From: a virus
Taxonomy: Duplodnaviria > Caudoviricetes
DNA length: 56,298 bases
Reading direction: 5' to 3' (one strand)
Virus record (IMG/VR): IMGVR_UViG_3300045999_003132
Coordinates: 1-56,298 of that record
Shown: piece after piece, positions 37,646 through 47,903 of the stretch
Layout of the letters: each line of letters starts with the position of its first letter
Position numbering within the stretch: the stretch's first letter is position 1
The notes under the pieces: model-generated
What the model was told of the DNA's origin: nothing
The model's database searches: none
What the model saw: the letters and a program-made list of their open reading frames with translations, nothing else
Made by a program: the position numbers and the translations under genes

Positions 37646-37825
37646 TGTAGCACGGTAGTAGGATACTTTCGTTAGCATTCTGCAAACCCATCACGACATC
37701 ATTGCACGATGCACATTCATTCCTATTACATTATTACCAATAAATTCTACTACATCTTACTACACCACATTTTTTTAGTGTTTTCGGGCAATAGCCGTTG
37801 TGGTAAGTAAAGTAGTTAGTACCTT
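37588..37825. repeat. CTACTAC repeats in both orientations, putative replication origin
   Basis: TCCTACTACA 37588, GTAGTAGGA 37655, TCCTATTACA 37721, TTCTACTACA 37745, CTTACTACA 37756. Confidence 0.45.
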
Positions 37826-37857
37826 TGGCAATCTTCTAACCACACAAAATAAAAGCG

Positions 37858-38478
37858 ATGAAAGGTTACGTGTATTTTTTTAGACAGGTAGGTAGCCCCT
37901 ACGTTAAAATCGGGTTTACAAACAGCGAAAGCGTGGCTAGCAGATTTGCCATGTTCAAGATGTACGCACCTATGGGCGCAAACATAGAAGCGGTAATAGA
38001 AACCGCACACGCTAAAGACCTTGAATCAGAATTGCACAAAAAGTATAAGGCCAAGCGCGTTGGCGGGGAGTTCTTTCAGATGACAGCCGAAGAGGTTGAG
38101 TCCGTTCGTCTAGCGAACGTGGGAACTGATGAAAGGGATTTGAGGAATGAGTTTGAGATGTTCATATCAAAAGCGTCATGTGCTGATATGGCAAAGCTGA
38201 AAAAAATGATAGGCAAACATTTTGAAGTTGAGGTCAGCGACAGGATGCATAAGGCAACCGCGTTCGTAATTGATGCGGTTAATCAAAGGTTCGTGGGGCA
38301 AAGGTTCACGGCCACAGATGTGCAGAATCATTTGATGGACACTATTGATGAGATGGAAGACCTGCCATCGTTGAAGGAAATAGGACAAGTGTTGAGGGTT
38401 AACTGCACTTTGAAGTCTTTTAGAAGCGGGGACGAGGTTCGCAAAATGTACTACACTGAAACCAACATTGAACCATGA
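37858..38478 (+). CDS. GIY-YIG (T5orf172/MUG113-like) domain protein
   Basis: GYVYF..YVKIG.T, LE.ELH, GEFF. Confidence 0.8.
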   Translation: MKGYVYFFRQVGSPYVKIGFTNSESVASRFAMFKMYAPMGANIEAVIETAHAKDLESELHKKYKAKRVGGEFFQMTAEEVESVRLANVGTDERDLRNEFEMFISKASCADMAKLKKMIGKHFEVEVSDRMHKATAFVIDAVNQRFVGQRFTATDVQNHLMDTIDEMEDLPSLKEIGQVLRVNCTLKSFRSGDEVRKMYYTETNIEP

Positions 38479-39917
38479 TTGAACTACGCCCATACCAGAC
38501 CGAGGCCATCGCGCAACTGCGGCAATCGTTCACCAACAAGAACAAACGTATAGTCCTATGCCTACCCACTGGAGCGGGTAAGACGGTCGTGTTCTCTGAG
38601 ATGGTCAGAAGGTCAGCGGAAAAGGGAACGCGTACCCTAGTGCTGACTGACAGGCTGGAACTTTTTGACCAGACATTCAAAGCAATGGGCCGTGTCGGGG
38701 TAACGCCACAGATGATACACGCCAAAGGGAACTACACAATAGACCCGTATGCGTTGGTCAGCGTTGGGATGGTGGAGACGGTGAAGCGTAGGGTGGCAAA
38801 GGGCGCGATGATGTTCCCAGAGTTCATCGTAATTGATGAAGCGCACAAGGGCAACTTCACGGCCATTCTTGACCTGTTCCCAGATGCGAGGGTAATAGGC
38901 GCAACTGCAACACCCGTTGGCAAACACTTCTACAAGTATTACACGGACATCATTCAGAACATCGACATTCCCGACCTAGTGAACGCGGGATACCTTTCAG
39001 AGTGCAGGGCGTTCCAGATGCAGGACGATTTGAGCGACCTGCAAACAAGAGGAGGCGAATACACGGAAGAAAGCCTATTCGGTCACTACAATAGTCAGAA
39101 GCTATTTGACGGGGTGATTGAGCAATACCGCGCCAAAGCGGACGGAACAAAGGCAATCGTTTTCAACGTGAACATCGCCCACACCATGAACATGACAGCC
39201 GCGTTCAACGCTGCGGGTATCCGTTCGGAGTGCGTGACAAGCAACACGCCAAAGGATGAACGGACGCGCATACTACGCGCATTCTCTCAAGGTCTGTTTC
39301 CAGTATTGAATAACTGCGGGATACTTACAACTGGATACGATGAGCCCACCATTGAAACGGTAATAATGAACCGCGCAACTAAGAGCCTACCACTTTGGCT
39401 TCAATGCTGCGGACGTGGTTCGCGTGTCATTCCGAACGTGAAAACACAATTCACGGTGCTAGACTTCGGAATGAACCACGATCAACACGGTATGTGGTCA
39501 GAGCCTAGAACGTGGAAGATACGCAAGCCACGGGAAAAGGGCGAACAACCCGCGCCAGTCAAAGAATGCCCATCCTGTAACGCGTTGGTGTTCGCGTCTG
39601 CGCGTACTTGCCGCTACTGCAATTATGAATTTCCGTTTGAAAGTAAGCCACTAGCAAACGGTCAGATGGTGCAGGTCACTCCAAAGGTTCCTTTCGGGCT
39701 ACAAGGCAGGAGGATAGGCGACCTATCTTTGATTGAACTGATTGAATTGGAAGCGTCAAAAACTTACGGGGCCAAGTTCATTTGGAGGGTGGTAAGGTCG
39801 CACGGCAAGGAATCAATACGCGAATACGCGCGAATGAAGGGCCATAGTTCGGGATGGTGTTACAGACAGGAAAAGGAAATGAACGACTGCGAATACAAAA
39901 ACTACGTACTGAAATGA
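38475..39917 (+). CDS. SF2 DEAH helicase with Zn finger
   Basis: LRPYQ, PTGAGKT, DEAH, TATP, QCCGRGSR, CPSC..CRYC. Confidence 0.93.
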   Translation: MIELRPYQTEAIAQLRQSFTNKNKRIVLCLPTGAGKTVVFSEMVRRSAEKGTRTLVLTDRLELFDQTFKAMGRVGVTPQMIHAKGNYTIDPYALVSVGMVETVKRRVAKGAMMFPEFIVIDEAHKGNFTAILDLFPDARVIGATATPVGKHFYKYYTDIIQNIDIPDLVNAGYLSECRAFQMQDDLSDLQTRGGEYTEESLFGHYNSQKLFDGVIEQYRAKADGTKAIVFNVNIAHTMNMTAAFNAAGIRSECVTSNTPKDERTRILRAFSQGLFPVLNNCGILTTGYDEPTIETVIMNRATKSLPLWLQCCGRGSRVIPNVKTQFTVLDFGMNHDQHGMWSEPRTWKIRKPREKGEQPAPVKECPSCNALVFASARTCRYCNYEFPFESKPLANGQMVQVTPKVPFGLQGRRIGDLSLIELIELEASKTYGAKFIWRVVRSHGKESIREYARMKGHSSGWCYRQEKEMNDCEYKNYVLK

Positions 39918-40255
39918 AACAATCAGAGAACCGTTTGCAGTCGGACTGCTTTACTTGGCACTGGAACACCCGACCCGATGAGCGTGGCCGTTTGTTCATG
40001 GTTCACAACGCACCGAAGAACGCAATAGACGGCAACCGATTAAAGGCGATGGGAATGGTGGCGGGAGTGAGTGACATGATACTACTTCGGTCCGACCGTC
40101 CTCCGCTTTGCATCGAATTGAAAACGGAGATAGGTCGGCAAGGCGAACGGCAGAAGTGGTGGCAATCCGTGGCCGAAGCAACGGGGGCGGAGTACGTTCT
40201 CATCCGTTCGCTTGAGGAGTTCCAGAATTTATTTTCACACGACCGCACCACGTAG
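39914..40255 (+). CDS. VRR-NUC nuclease
   Basis: E..LQ, GMVAGVSD, IELK..GRQ..Q. Confidence 0.88.
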   Translation: MKQSENRLQSDCFTWHWNTRPDERGRLFMVHNAPKNAIDGNRLKAMGMVAGVSDMILLRSDRPPLCIELKTEIGRQGERQKWWQSVAEATGAEYVLIRSLEEFQNLFSHDRTT

Positions 40256-40280
40256 CGGAAAAGCGGTGTATGTTTGCGCA

Positions 40281-40514
40281 ATGACACGCTTGCAACGCCT
40301 TTACAAATTACTGCTATTGATACGCACTCACGACATGGAGGCCGAACACCTTGCCAAAGCGTTGGAGTGCAGCCTTAGCCAAGTGGAAAAGGACATAGCG
40401 TATCTGCGCGGGATAGGCGTTCACATTGAATACAGCAGAGTTGAGCGTACTTACTACTCCACCACGCGGCCAAGTGAACTGATGAACACGTTTGTAATGA
40501 TGATTGAGCAATGA
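40281..40514 (+). CDS. HTH DNA-binding protein
   Basis: LAKALECSLSQVEKDIAYLR..G. Confidence 0.75.
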   Translation: MTRLQRLYKLLLLIRTHDMEAEHLAKALECSLSQVEKDIAYLRGIGVHIEYSRVERTYYSTTRPSELMNTFVMMIEQ

Positions 40515-41170
40515 TTGAACTGACAGGATACCGCGACAAGCACGAGTACGTAAACAAACACGGGGTGAAGTCCGTGGTGTATCTCATGGACTGCATGGAC
40601 GCGATGGCGCAGATGGGGGAGAAGGAGTTCAGCCTTGCGTGTGTTGACCCGCCCTTTGGAATAGACGCGGCTAAGATGCAACGTGGCAACAGCAGGATTA
40701 AACCCGATAAGACAAAGAATTGGGATAACCAACCTCCAACACGGGACTATTTTGATGCCGTTTTCAAAGTGTCTGAAAATCAAATCATATGGGGGGGCAA
40801 TTACTTTGAACTTCCACCATCACAATACTTCGCGATTTGGGACAAGGGCGAGACGATGTACGGGCGAGATTTCGCGGAGGCCGAGTTTGCATGGGTGCGA
40901 AGTGGCGGCACAAGGATTTTCAAATGTGGGCCTAATCAAAACGACCGAATCCATGTTTGCCAAAAACCCATCGCCCTATACGACTGGATATTCCACAACT
41001 ACGCCAAGCCTAACGATACGATATTCGACAGCCACCTTGGGAGCGGTTCAAGTCGCATTGCAGCCGACAAGCACAATCTGCCGTTTCTCGGAACGGAAAC
41101 CGATGATGACTACTTCCGCGACCACTGCAAACGATTCGACCGCTACACGGCACAACTCACCCTGTTCTAA
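40511..41170 (+). CDS. DNA amino-methyltransferase (N6A/N4C, beta class)
   Basis: VDPPF, IWGGNYF, H.CQKP, DSHLGSGS. Confidence 0.9.
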   Translation: MIELTGYRDKHEYVNKHGVKSVVYLMDCMDAMAQMGEKEFSLACVDPPFGIDAAKMQRGNSRIKPDKTKNWDNQPPTRDYFDAVFKVSENQIIWGGNYFELPPSQYFAIWDKGETMYGRDFAEAEFAWVRSGGTRIFKCGPNQNDRIHVCQKPIALYDWIFHNYAKPNDTIFDSHLGSGSSRIAADKHNLPFLGTETDDDYFRDHCKRFDRYTAQLTLF

Positions 41171-41281
41171 TGATTGACCCCCACGACATCCCCACCATCA
41201 AAACCGCGCTTCGGATAGCCGCGTCAATGATCGGGCATGATAGACAGCCTTACATTGAACTACTACTTAAACTGATGACAG

Positions 41282-41689
41282 ATGAAAAAAGAACTGACCG
41301 ATGAAATTGTTTGCGCGTATCTGCCACATAAACCTTTAATCGGGTGGCATGATGAAGGACATAAGTGCGTTATTGACGTGCAAATGTTAGCCAAACACGG
41401 GGCAACACTCGCGAATTACAGGATGTGCCTCCGCCCCCTCTCCGACCTTACCCGCGAGATTACGCACAACGGGGAGACGTTTGAACCAATGCAGAGGTTG
41501 GTTGACGAAATGGAGTGCGATGCCGAATGGTCTTTTATTAAAGCTATTGAAGATGATTGGGCATCTGCACAGGGTAAAATGAGGTTTGCCCCAATGTCAA
41601 TAGCAAGTAAGTTGCTATCATGGCACTTCGACACGTTTGGACTCATCGACTCAGGCTTGGCAATCGACATTAACACGCTGACCAAATGA
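41282..41689 (+). CDS. Hypothetical phage protein
   Basis: YLP, LRPLSDLT.EI.HNG, WHFD.FGLI..GLAIDIN. Confidence 0.7.
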   Translation: MKKELTDEIVCAYLPHKPLIGWHDEGHKCVIDVQMLAKHGATLANYRMCLRPLSDLTREITHNGETFEPMQRLVDEMECDAEWSFIKAIEDDWASAQGKMRFAPMSIASKLLSWHFDTFGLIDSGLAIDINTLTK

Positions 41690-42051
41690 AATTCGAGAAG
41701 AACCCAGAAGTGATAGTAGCCGCGATTGCCAAGGCGAACAACGTGACCGTTGAAGAAATCAAAGGCAATAGGCGGGTCAGGCACATCGCAGACGCACGTA
41801 AACAGGCAATGGCGATGCTATGGCTTGAAACGTCCATGCGACTGCACGAGATTGAACGGGTGGTGAACTGCCATCATGCGACCGTTCTACACGCGGCAAA
41901 GACCCACGTTGGTATAATGCAGGCCGACCGTGCGTATCGGTTGAAGTACGAGGCGGCTATTCAGTACCTCAACCCCGAACACAGCCCCGAACGCAGACTG
42001 CCCCGCCAACTCTACGCGGGAAAAATAATTTTGCAGCCTTGTCGGGCGTAA
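41686..42051 (+). CDS. DnaA C-terminal-like HTH protein
   Basis: R.RHIADARKQAM, HATVLHA. Confidence 0.75.
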   Translation: MKFEKNPEVIVAAIAKANNVTVEEIKGNRRVRHIADARKQAMAMLWLETSMRLHEIERVVNCHHATVLHAAKTHVGIMQADRAYRLKYEAAIQYLNPEHSPERRLPRQLYAGKIILQPCRA

Positions 42052-42097
42052 GGGATAACGGTGTATAATTGCAGCACGTAACCAAACAATCAAAGCA

Positions 42098-42316
42098 ATG
42101 GCAGTAGAAGTGAAAGAAAGTGGGACGAGTGAAAAAACCTACCCATATTTGGGAAAGTCAGCGCAGGGGCAAGTGGTTTTGTTTTTTAAGGCTGGGGAGG
42201 GTACAAACCTAAATGGTATAGGATGCATAATAGCATCTTACGGCAAGGGGTTTAATGAATCGGCATTCACCCCCCTCTCCCCGTCCGAGTCAATCACAAT
42301 TAGCAACAAGGCATAA
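42098..42316 (+). CDS. Hypothetical protein
   Basis: ORF after an early-type promoter. Confidence 0.6.
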   Translation: MAVEVKESGTSEKTYPYLGKSAQGQVVLFFKAGEGTNLNGIGCIIASYGKGFNESAFTPLSPSESITISNKA

Positions 42317-42567
42317 TGGCTAAGGAAATCACAACCGAGGGCCAACAACTAATCGCTCAAGCCATGAGCATACTGAAAGCGAACGCATGGAAGCGCGGGA
42401 CAAGCGGGATGCGATTAGCGCAGCAGATGGGCAAGAGTCCGCAACTGCTGTGCAACTACCGAAGCGGGTACAAGCCGATGACCACGAACATGGCAGCGAG
42501 GATAGTTGCCGCGTTCGAGGAGTTGACGGCAAAGCAACAGGGTACTAACAATGAAGACGGGAACTAA
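42316..42567 (+). CDS. XRE-like HTH protein
   Basis: LAQQMGKSPQLLCNYRSG.KPMT. Confidence 0.65.
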   Translation: MAKEITTEGQQLIAQAMSILKANAWKRGTSGMRLAQQMGKSPQLLCNYRSGYKPMTTNMAARIVAAFEELTAKQQGTNNEDGN

Positions 42568-42994
42568 GATGGAAGCGATTGAACGTGTAAAGGGGTTTTG
42601 CACTAAGGTTGATAGTGAAAGTTGGGGCGTGTTGGTTGATACCGTTTCATTAATGGGAATAGAAGTCGGGGAAAAGGCCATGAACCACGGCCCGACAACG
42701 GGATTCCCGTACGCTGGATTTGTTGTCGGTACTGATAAATTGTCATTGTCTTCATGGGCAGGTAGGGACATGGTTATCCCATTCCCCGACTTCCTTGCCA
42801 AACTCCGAGGCGAAGAATGGCAGCCGAAAGCGGGTGAGATGGTGGAGGTGTCTCATGATGGTATAAATTGGCTTAAAAGAGAGTTTATAGCATTAAAAGG
42901 TGCATGGTATTGGTGCTTTGCAGATGACGATGTAAGAAGGTACGCACACATCCGCCCCATCCGCCCCACCATCACCCGCGCAGAGGCCGAATAG
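42551..42994 (+). CDS. Hypothetical protein
   Basis: PKAGEMVEVSHD..W..REF; the frame continues QLGKRIID after the TAG. Confidence 0.6.
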   Translation: MKTGTKMEAIERVKGFCTKVDSESWGVLVDTVSLMGIEVGEKAMNHGPTTGFPYAGFVVGTDKLSLSSWAGRDMVIPFPDFLAKLRGEEWQPKAGEMVEVSHDGINWLKREFIALKGAWYWCFADDDVRRYAHIRPIRPTITRAEAE

Positions 42995-43062
42995 CAACTC
43001 GGCAAAAGGATAATCGACTAACCGCCTACACCCCCCTTCGGCAAGGGATAAACACAAACACC

Positions 43063-43593
43063 ATGACACCTACAATCGCACTAATAGCAGTCTGCATCAT
43101 TGCCGCTGGCCTATGCGTGGCCGTTGGCGTTCAGCAATGGAGAATCAACCAACTCAACGCGGAGAACGACCGAGAACGCGCAAGGCATAAGGTCACAAGC
43201 GAACTGCTGACCGAGGCGCGGAACGAGGCGAAGAACGAATACGAACTGAGACGGCAAGCGGAGAGGAATCTGGCGGATGCGAATGATGAGGTGGACACTT
43301 GGCACGCCCGTGCAATGAGGGCAGAGAATGCGCTCGGTTCAGTCAAAGTAACCCGTGACCCTAAGACTGGCCGAATGGTAAGCACTAAGTCCAAGCCAAG
43401 GCCGACCGCGCAAGAGATGGAGCGTGGGCTTGCCGAGTTTGACACAAGTAAAGCATTTCAAGTGTCAATAGACATGAGAGGAGGGCATACGACATTTGAC
43501 GCGGCATTTGCGAGCGCGATTGAGCAGCTGCAAGGGCTGACCGTGCGGAAGCTGTGTGATGAGGTGAGGGATAACACGGGTAGCGGTATCTAA
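43063..43593 (+). CDS. Membrane-anchored coiled-coil protein
   Basis: N-terminal TM, coiled coil, RDPKTGR motif. Confidence 0.6.
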   Translation: MTPTIALIAVCIIAAGLCVAVGVQQWRINQLNAENDRERARHKVTSELLTEARNEAKNEYELRRQAERNLADANDEVDTWHARAMRAENALGSVKVTRDPKTGRMVSTKSKPRPTAQEMERGLAEFDTSKAFQVSIDMRGGHTTFDAAFASAIEQLQGLTVRKLCDEVRDNTGSGI

Positions 43594-43642
43594 AAAGTTT
43601 CGCTAACTTTGGCCCTGTCTAACGCTTCAAAACTAAAAAGCG

Positions 43643-44218
43643 ATGCCTTGCGTAACCTACTCTTGCCCACCAATCACCGACCATGAAGTCAATATCTGCG
43701 GAGACGTAGTTAAAGGCGGTCAGGACGGATTTCTACTTTTCACCTGTGATGCCGACCTCGCAGACCCTACACTCGACATTCAGGACACAGCAGCCGTTGA
43801 CGTTGCCGTTGCCGCTGACATTGCAGCAGGGAAAGCGGTCTATGCGCAGGAAATCAACTTCACTCAGGACGCGGGTTCACCCGTTCAGTTCGGAACGCAG
43901 ACCGTGGCCGCACGTCCCAACGCGCAGATCACCACGGACTACACAGCGACCGTGATTGATGCCAACGTGAACGTGCAGAATGATGACTTCTATGAGGCGA
44001 CCAGTTCAACAAGTGGCCGCGTATGGGGAGGCTTCATCGTTAAACACGCACAGACACCTGCTAAGGCTCACTTTGTACTGCCCGACAACGGATTGTATAT
44101 CCAAGTCACTAAGGCACTTCCTGCGGACACAGACCCAGTTCACTACTCCGCTACTTTCACTTACAAGAAAGTAGGGCTGCCAAGGGTTATCCCTGCGCCT
44201 ACCTTGTTCACTACCTGA
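43643..44218 (+). CDS. Putative major tail (tube) protein (module B)
   Basis: Acidic beta-rich 191 aa, preceded by TAACTTTG at 43604; first gene of the second structural module. Confidence 0.45.
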   Translation: MPCVTYSCPPITDHEVNICGDVVKGGQDGFLLFTCDADLADPTLDIQDTAAVDVAVAADIAAGKAVYAQEINFTQDAGSPVQFGTQTVAARPNAQITTDYTATVIDANVNVQNDDFYEATSSTSGRVWGGFIVKHAQTPAKAHFVLPDNGLYIQVTKALPADTDPVHYSATFTYKKVGLPRVIPAPTLFTT

Positions 44219-44220
44219 GT

Positions 44221-45084
44221 TTGACGGGTATTCTGCTGATTGCATTCGGGAAACGGGGTTACGGGTCTATGACTCGCAACCTCGTTTCTTCGCTTTTGCA
44301 CCACGCCCCCGACCTACGCATTACCGTTTACGCTACGCCCGAACTATTGCCCGTTATCGGCACGGAGGGCATCGCAGACCTTCGCACGTTACGCCCCGAC
44401 CAATGGCAGCAGAAAGGCGGCAAGATGGCCCCGACCATTGCCAAAGCGCAGATTTACAGGATGGGCGTTGAGGCTGGTCTGACGCGGTTCCTTTACTTGG
44501 ACGTGGACGCGATAGCACTCACGGACATTAGGCCGTGGCTTAAGGCATTGGAGGGTTCACAGGTGGCGACCGAGGTAGTGGGAAAGGGCAAACGGGGCGA
44601 CCGTATCGAGTACCTTATTTGGAGCAGTCAGGAAAGCCTGTTCGACCAGTTCAACATTCCAGACGATAGAACCGTTTGCAGCGTTCAAACATCATGGCTT
44701 TACTTTGAGCGGGGAGAGGTTGCCGATGCTGTACAGGCGCACGTTGACTATCACATGGAAAAGAGATTCCCGCCTCACCTGTTAACGCATTCGTGGGGCA
44801 GTCACGGAACGATACCCGATGAACTCATTTACACGGGGGTGTTCGGTAAGTTGGGTATCATTCCCACAGGCCCGAAGCTATCCCGTGAGCCTATCTTCTT
44901 CGGGAACAAGCGCAACCGCAACACGGAGCAGGGCGTAATGGATGGATACTTTCTCCTATCTTTGTACGGCAATAGCAGCCTTACCGTGGCGCGATGGCAG
45001 AAGCTGTACGACCTTCAATGCGACAGGTTAGGGCTACGGGTCAAAGCGCGGGAGATAATGCAAGATAAGTTTGCAAACGGCTAA
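44221..45084 (+). CDS. GT-A fold glycosyltransferase-like protein
   Basis: GILLIAFG..Y..NL..SL, K..IY, FLYLDVDAI (DxD), PDE. Confidence 0.65.
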   Translation: MTGILLIAFGKRGYGSMTRNLVSSLLHHAPDLRITVYATPELLPVIGTEGIADLRTLRPDQWQQKGGKMAPTIAKAQIYRMGVEAGLTRFLYLDVDAIALTDIRPWLKALEGSQVATEVVGKGKRGDRIEYLIWSSQESLFDQFNIPDDRTVCSVQTSWLYFERGEVADAVQAHVDYHMEKRFPPHLLTHSWGSHGTIPDELIYTGVFGKLGIIPTGPKLSREPIFFGNKRNRNTEQGVMDGYFLLSLYGNSSLTVARWQKLYDLQCDRLGLRVKAREIMQDKFANG

Positions 45085-45102
45085 AATCAATAATGATATT
45101 AT

Positions 45103-45375
45103 TTGATTGTGGACGGTAGAAAGAACAACAAAGGCATAAAGGGAAAAGCGGGCCGCAAACCAAAAGCGGACGAATTGCAGCTACTTGAAACTATGGATGC
45201 CATCCTTGCGCCTCAAAATTTGTGGGCGGCAATAGCTAACAAGGTTCAAAACGGTGACAGCGCGGCCATGAAGATTTGGGCAAGCTACCGTTACGGGATG
45301 CCAAAGCAACAAGTGGATATGAATACCACAATAGTTGAGTTCCCCGCTCCCATCATTGAGTTACCTAATGAATGA
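45103..45375 (+). CDS. Putative terminase small subunit (module B)
   Basis: DGRKNNKG..AGRKPK, GDSAAMK..YRYGMPKQQVD; directly upstream of TerL. Confidence 0.7.
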   Translation: MIVDGRKNNKGIKGKAGRKPKADELQLLETMDAILAPQNLWAAIANKVQNGDSAAMKIWASYRYGMPKQQVDMNTTIVEFPAPIIELPNE

Positions 45376-46715
45376 GTGGCACACGGATACGACTAAGCGC
45401 GAAACAGGCACAGGCGTGGCGTGAACTTGACCGCCCCGAAATAGCGGAGGTGTTCGCTGGAGGAAGTGCTGGCGGTGGAAAATCGTGGCTAGGTTGCCTC
45501 CGACAGATTTACAGGCGCACCACATACGCAGACACGCGGGGGTTCATTGGCAGACGTGACTACACGGCACTCCGAGATAGCACGATGAAGACCTACTTCA
45601 CGTTGCTCAAAACGATGGGGTACGAAAGTGAGGTGCATTACAGGTACAACGCACAGGAACACACGGTCTACTTTACGAACGGGAGTGAGCAGCATTTCCG
45701 ACACATGAGTTACCAACCGAGCGACCCCGACTATAATCGGTTCGGGTCAACGGAATACACGGACGCGTTCATTGATGAGGCTCCAGAGATAGACAAACGG
45801 GCCGCTGAGATAGTCCTTTCACGTCTGCGTTACAATCATTCCAAACACGGCATAACAAAGGAACTACTGCTAACGGGCAACCCCACGGACAACTGGATAA
45901 AGTACCGCTATGTGATGGATGCGGAAAACAGGTTCTTGGATTTGCCGCCCCATCGCGCCCGTGTGCTGTTCACGTTGGCAGATAACCCCGACACGGCACT
46001 ACGGGAAAGCTATACGCAGACGCTGGAGTTGTTGGATGACTACGACCGCGCCCGATTGCTTTACGGTGACTGGACGGCAAAGGCGAACATAGAGCGTCCG
46101 TTCGCCTCGCAGTTGGACATAGATAGGCATTTCAACCCCTGCGACTTCGACCCGAACAAACCGCTTTACATTAGCTTCGACTTCAACATCGACCCGTTCG
46201 CGATCATTTACGCCCACATTTGGCGGGATGCGGAGGGTTGGCACTTTCACGTATTCGATGAGGAATCAATCAGTGGCGGCACAATAGATGAGGGCTGTGA
46301 GCGGGTGAAACAGAAGGTAGGGCGGTCGGTACTAACGGCCACGGTGACGGGTGACAGGAACGGCACGGCACGGACGATGACACACCGCGACCACCTGACC
46401 GCCTATCAACTCATTCGGCAACGGCTACTCCTATCCGAATCGCAGTTCGACCTACCGGCCAACCCGACCCACGCGAACAGCCGCGAAGATTGCAATTACC
46501 TGCTGAGGCACTTTGATGACTTCCGTGTTGATGCCCGATGCACGAACCTGAGACGTGACCTAAGGACGGTTGAGGTTGACCATGAAGGGAAGATAATGAA
46601 GAGTGACCGAAGCAAAGATGCCCAGCGCGCCGACCATCTTGACGCGTGGCGGTACTTAGTTAACAGCAAAGCCGTACATTCGTGGCGTAAATTCCACATT
46701 GCCAAGCCCAGATGA
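45372..46715 (+). CDS. terL: Terminase large subunit, PBSX/T4-like family (module B)
   Basis: GGSAGGGKS Walker A, FIDEA, TGNP, LYGDW, SFDFN.DP, DHLDAWRY. Confidence 0.93.
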   Translation: MSGTRIRLSAKQAQAWRELDRPEIAEVFAGGSAGGGKSWLGCLRQIYRRTTYADTRGFIGRRDYTALRDSTMKTYFTLLKTMGYESEVHYRYNAQEHTVYFTNGSEQHFRHMSYQPSDPDYNRFGSTEYTDAFIDEAPEIDKRAAEIVLSRLRYNHSKHGITKELLLTGNPTDNWIKYRYVMDAENRFLDLPPHRARVLFTLADNPDTALRESYTQTLELLDDYDRARLLYGDWTAKANIERPFASQLDIDRHFNPCDFDPNKPLYISFDFNIDPFAIIYAHIWRDAEGWHFHVFDEESISGGTIDEGCERVKQKVGRSVLTATVTGDRNGTARTMTHRDHLTAYQLIRQRLLLSESQFDLPANPTHANSREDCNYLLRHFDDFRVDARCTNLRRDLRTVEVDHEGKIMKSDRSKDAQRADHLDAWRYLVNSKAVHSWRKFHIAKPR

Positions 46716-47050
46716 GTTACTGCCCAACAGACCCGTGTTCGCCCTGTGTAAAGGCGCAACCGCTGAACCTATGCTTTGCCACGTTGCAGGTAACTGGGCT
46801 GAATGCTAACGCCTCCGTTGCGTTGCGTTTCCAATCACAGGCAGACGGGCAGGTGTTTACGGTGGCCGAGATAAGCGATGCCAACGGGGTTATCACAATC
46901 GCACAGGCCGATGCGCCAACATTCATTTCGGGCGTAACGTATCGGCTGACCGCGTTGGGTTACGACATGTGCTACCTGCTAACGTTTGAACACAGGGCCG
47001 CAAATGGGGCATGGGTGACGGGTACAAACGAAGTGGTTGAGGAATGTTGA
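46712..47050 (+). CDS. Hypothetical virion-associated protein
   Basis: Coupled ORF with Cys-rich N-terminus. Confidence 0.55.
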   Translation: MSYCPTDPCSPCVKAQPLNLCFATLQVTGLNANASVALRFQSQADGQVFTVAEISDANGVITIAQADAPTFISGVTYRLTALGYDMCYLLTFEHRAANGAWVTGTNEVVEEC

Positions 47051-47319
47051 TAAGCCTAATCATTCTGACAAGCGCGGTTATTGTCGGTGCGCACATTGCA
47101 GCCGATGAGATTGCCTACACCTACACGCGGGGCGATAAGGGTATCGGGGAACTATTCCCGCAATGGTGGGCCAAGCCGCTTATCACTTGCCCCACCTGCA
47201 TGGCATCGGTCTGGGGTTCGACATCGTGGCTAATCTTCAGCTGCGTTCCGATTGAGTGGCCCGTTATCGTTCTTGCCTGTGCTTTCACCAACACGCTGTT
47301 TTATAGATGGGTTTCCTAA
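47044..47319 (+). CDS. Small membrane protein with CxxC
   Basis: KPLITCPTCMASVWG flanked by TM helices. Confidence 0.65.
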   Translation: MLISLIILTSAVIVGAHIAADEIAYTYTRGDKGIGELFPQWWAKPLITCPTCMASVWGSTSWLIFSCVPIEWPVIVLACAFTNTLFYRWVS

Positions 47320-47903
47320 TTAGGCTACTAGGCGAAGAACGCCTTTCCAACATTTACCGCGCCCATGCCGCAAAGAAAGTAAGGCAGGGGATGGTGGCGG
47401 AGTTTCAGGATGACAAAGGGCGGTGGTACTACTCATTCAAAGACCCGCAAGACGTACCCATTACGCGGCTATCCGAGGCGCAAACTACCATGCAATTCTT
47501 GGCCGCTGGTTTGAGCCCTGACCTGTTCACCAAAGCGATGGACACGCTTACGGTATGCCTTGCCAAGTCCGACATGCTGAAGGCGGGGGCGGTGGTGGCC
47601 GACCTGTCAGACCTCAACAAGAAGATAGTGAACCTTGACGCGGTGGTTAACATCATTGCCGTGAATTATGTAAGGGAGGACGAGGACGTTGTAAAGGTCA
47701 ACCCGACCATTCACGGTGAGAAATGCGACTTCCTTAAATCGGAGACAGAGGAGGGTCGCTTTTTTTTTCGGCTTCCGATGTTCGCCACATTGCTGACAGC
47801 GCATCCCAATTCAGTAGAGCAGTCAACCAAACTTTGGCGGGACTATCAAACGGTACTAAGCAACCTGACGAACCGCCTCGACCATTATCGTTCCGAGAAG
47901 TAG
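47307..47903 (+). CDS. Tail assembly chaperone (module B)
   Basis: Upstream of the tape measure; T9 slippery run at 47760-47768. Confidence 0.55.
   Translation: MGFLIRLLGEERLSNIYRAHAAKKVRQGMVAEFQDDKGRWYYSFKDPQDVPITRLSEAQTTMQFLAAGLSPDLFTKAMDTLTVCLAKSDMLKAGAVVADLSDLNKKIVNLDAVVNIIAVNYVREDEDVVKVNPTIHGEKCDFLKSETEEGRFFFRLPMFATLLTAHPNSVEQSTKLWRDYQTVLSNLTNRLDHYRSEK

Noticed and set aside
42992-43021. TAG recoding, since the frame continues QLGKRIID after the TAG
   Set aside because: TAG cleanly ends several other genes (24158, 24388, 37645, 55640), long genes are uninterrupted and no suppressor tRNA was seen; a single nonsense change or error is more likely
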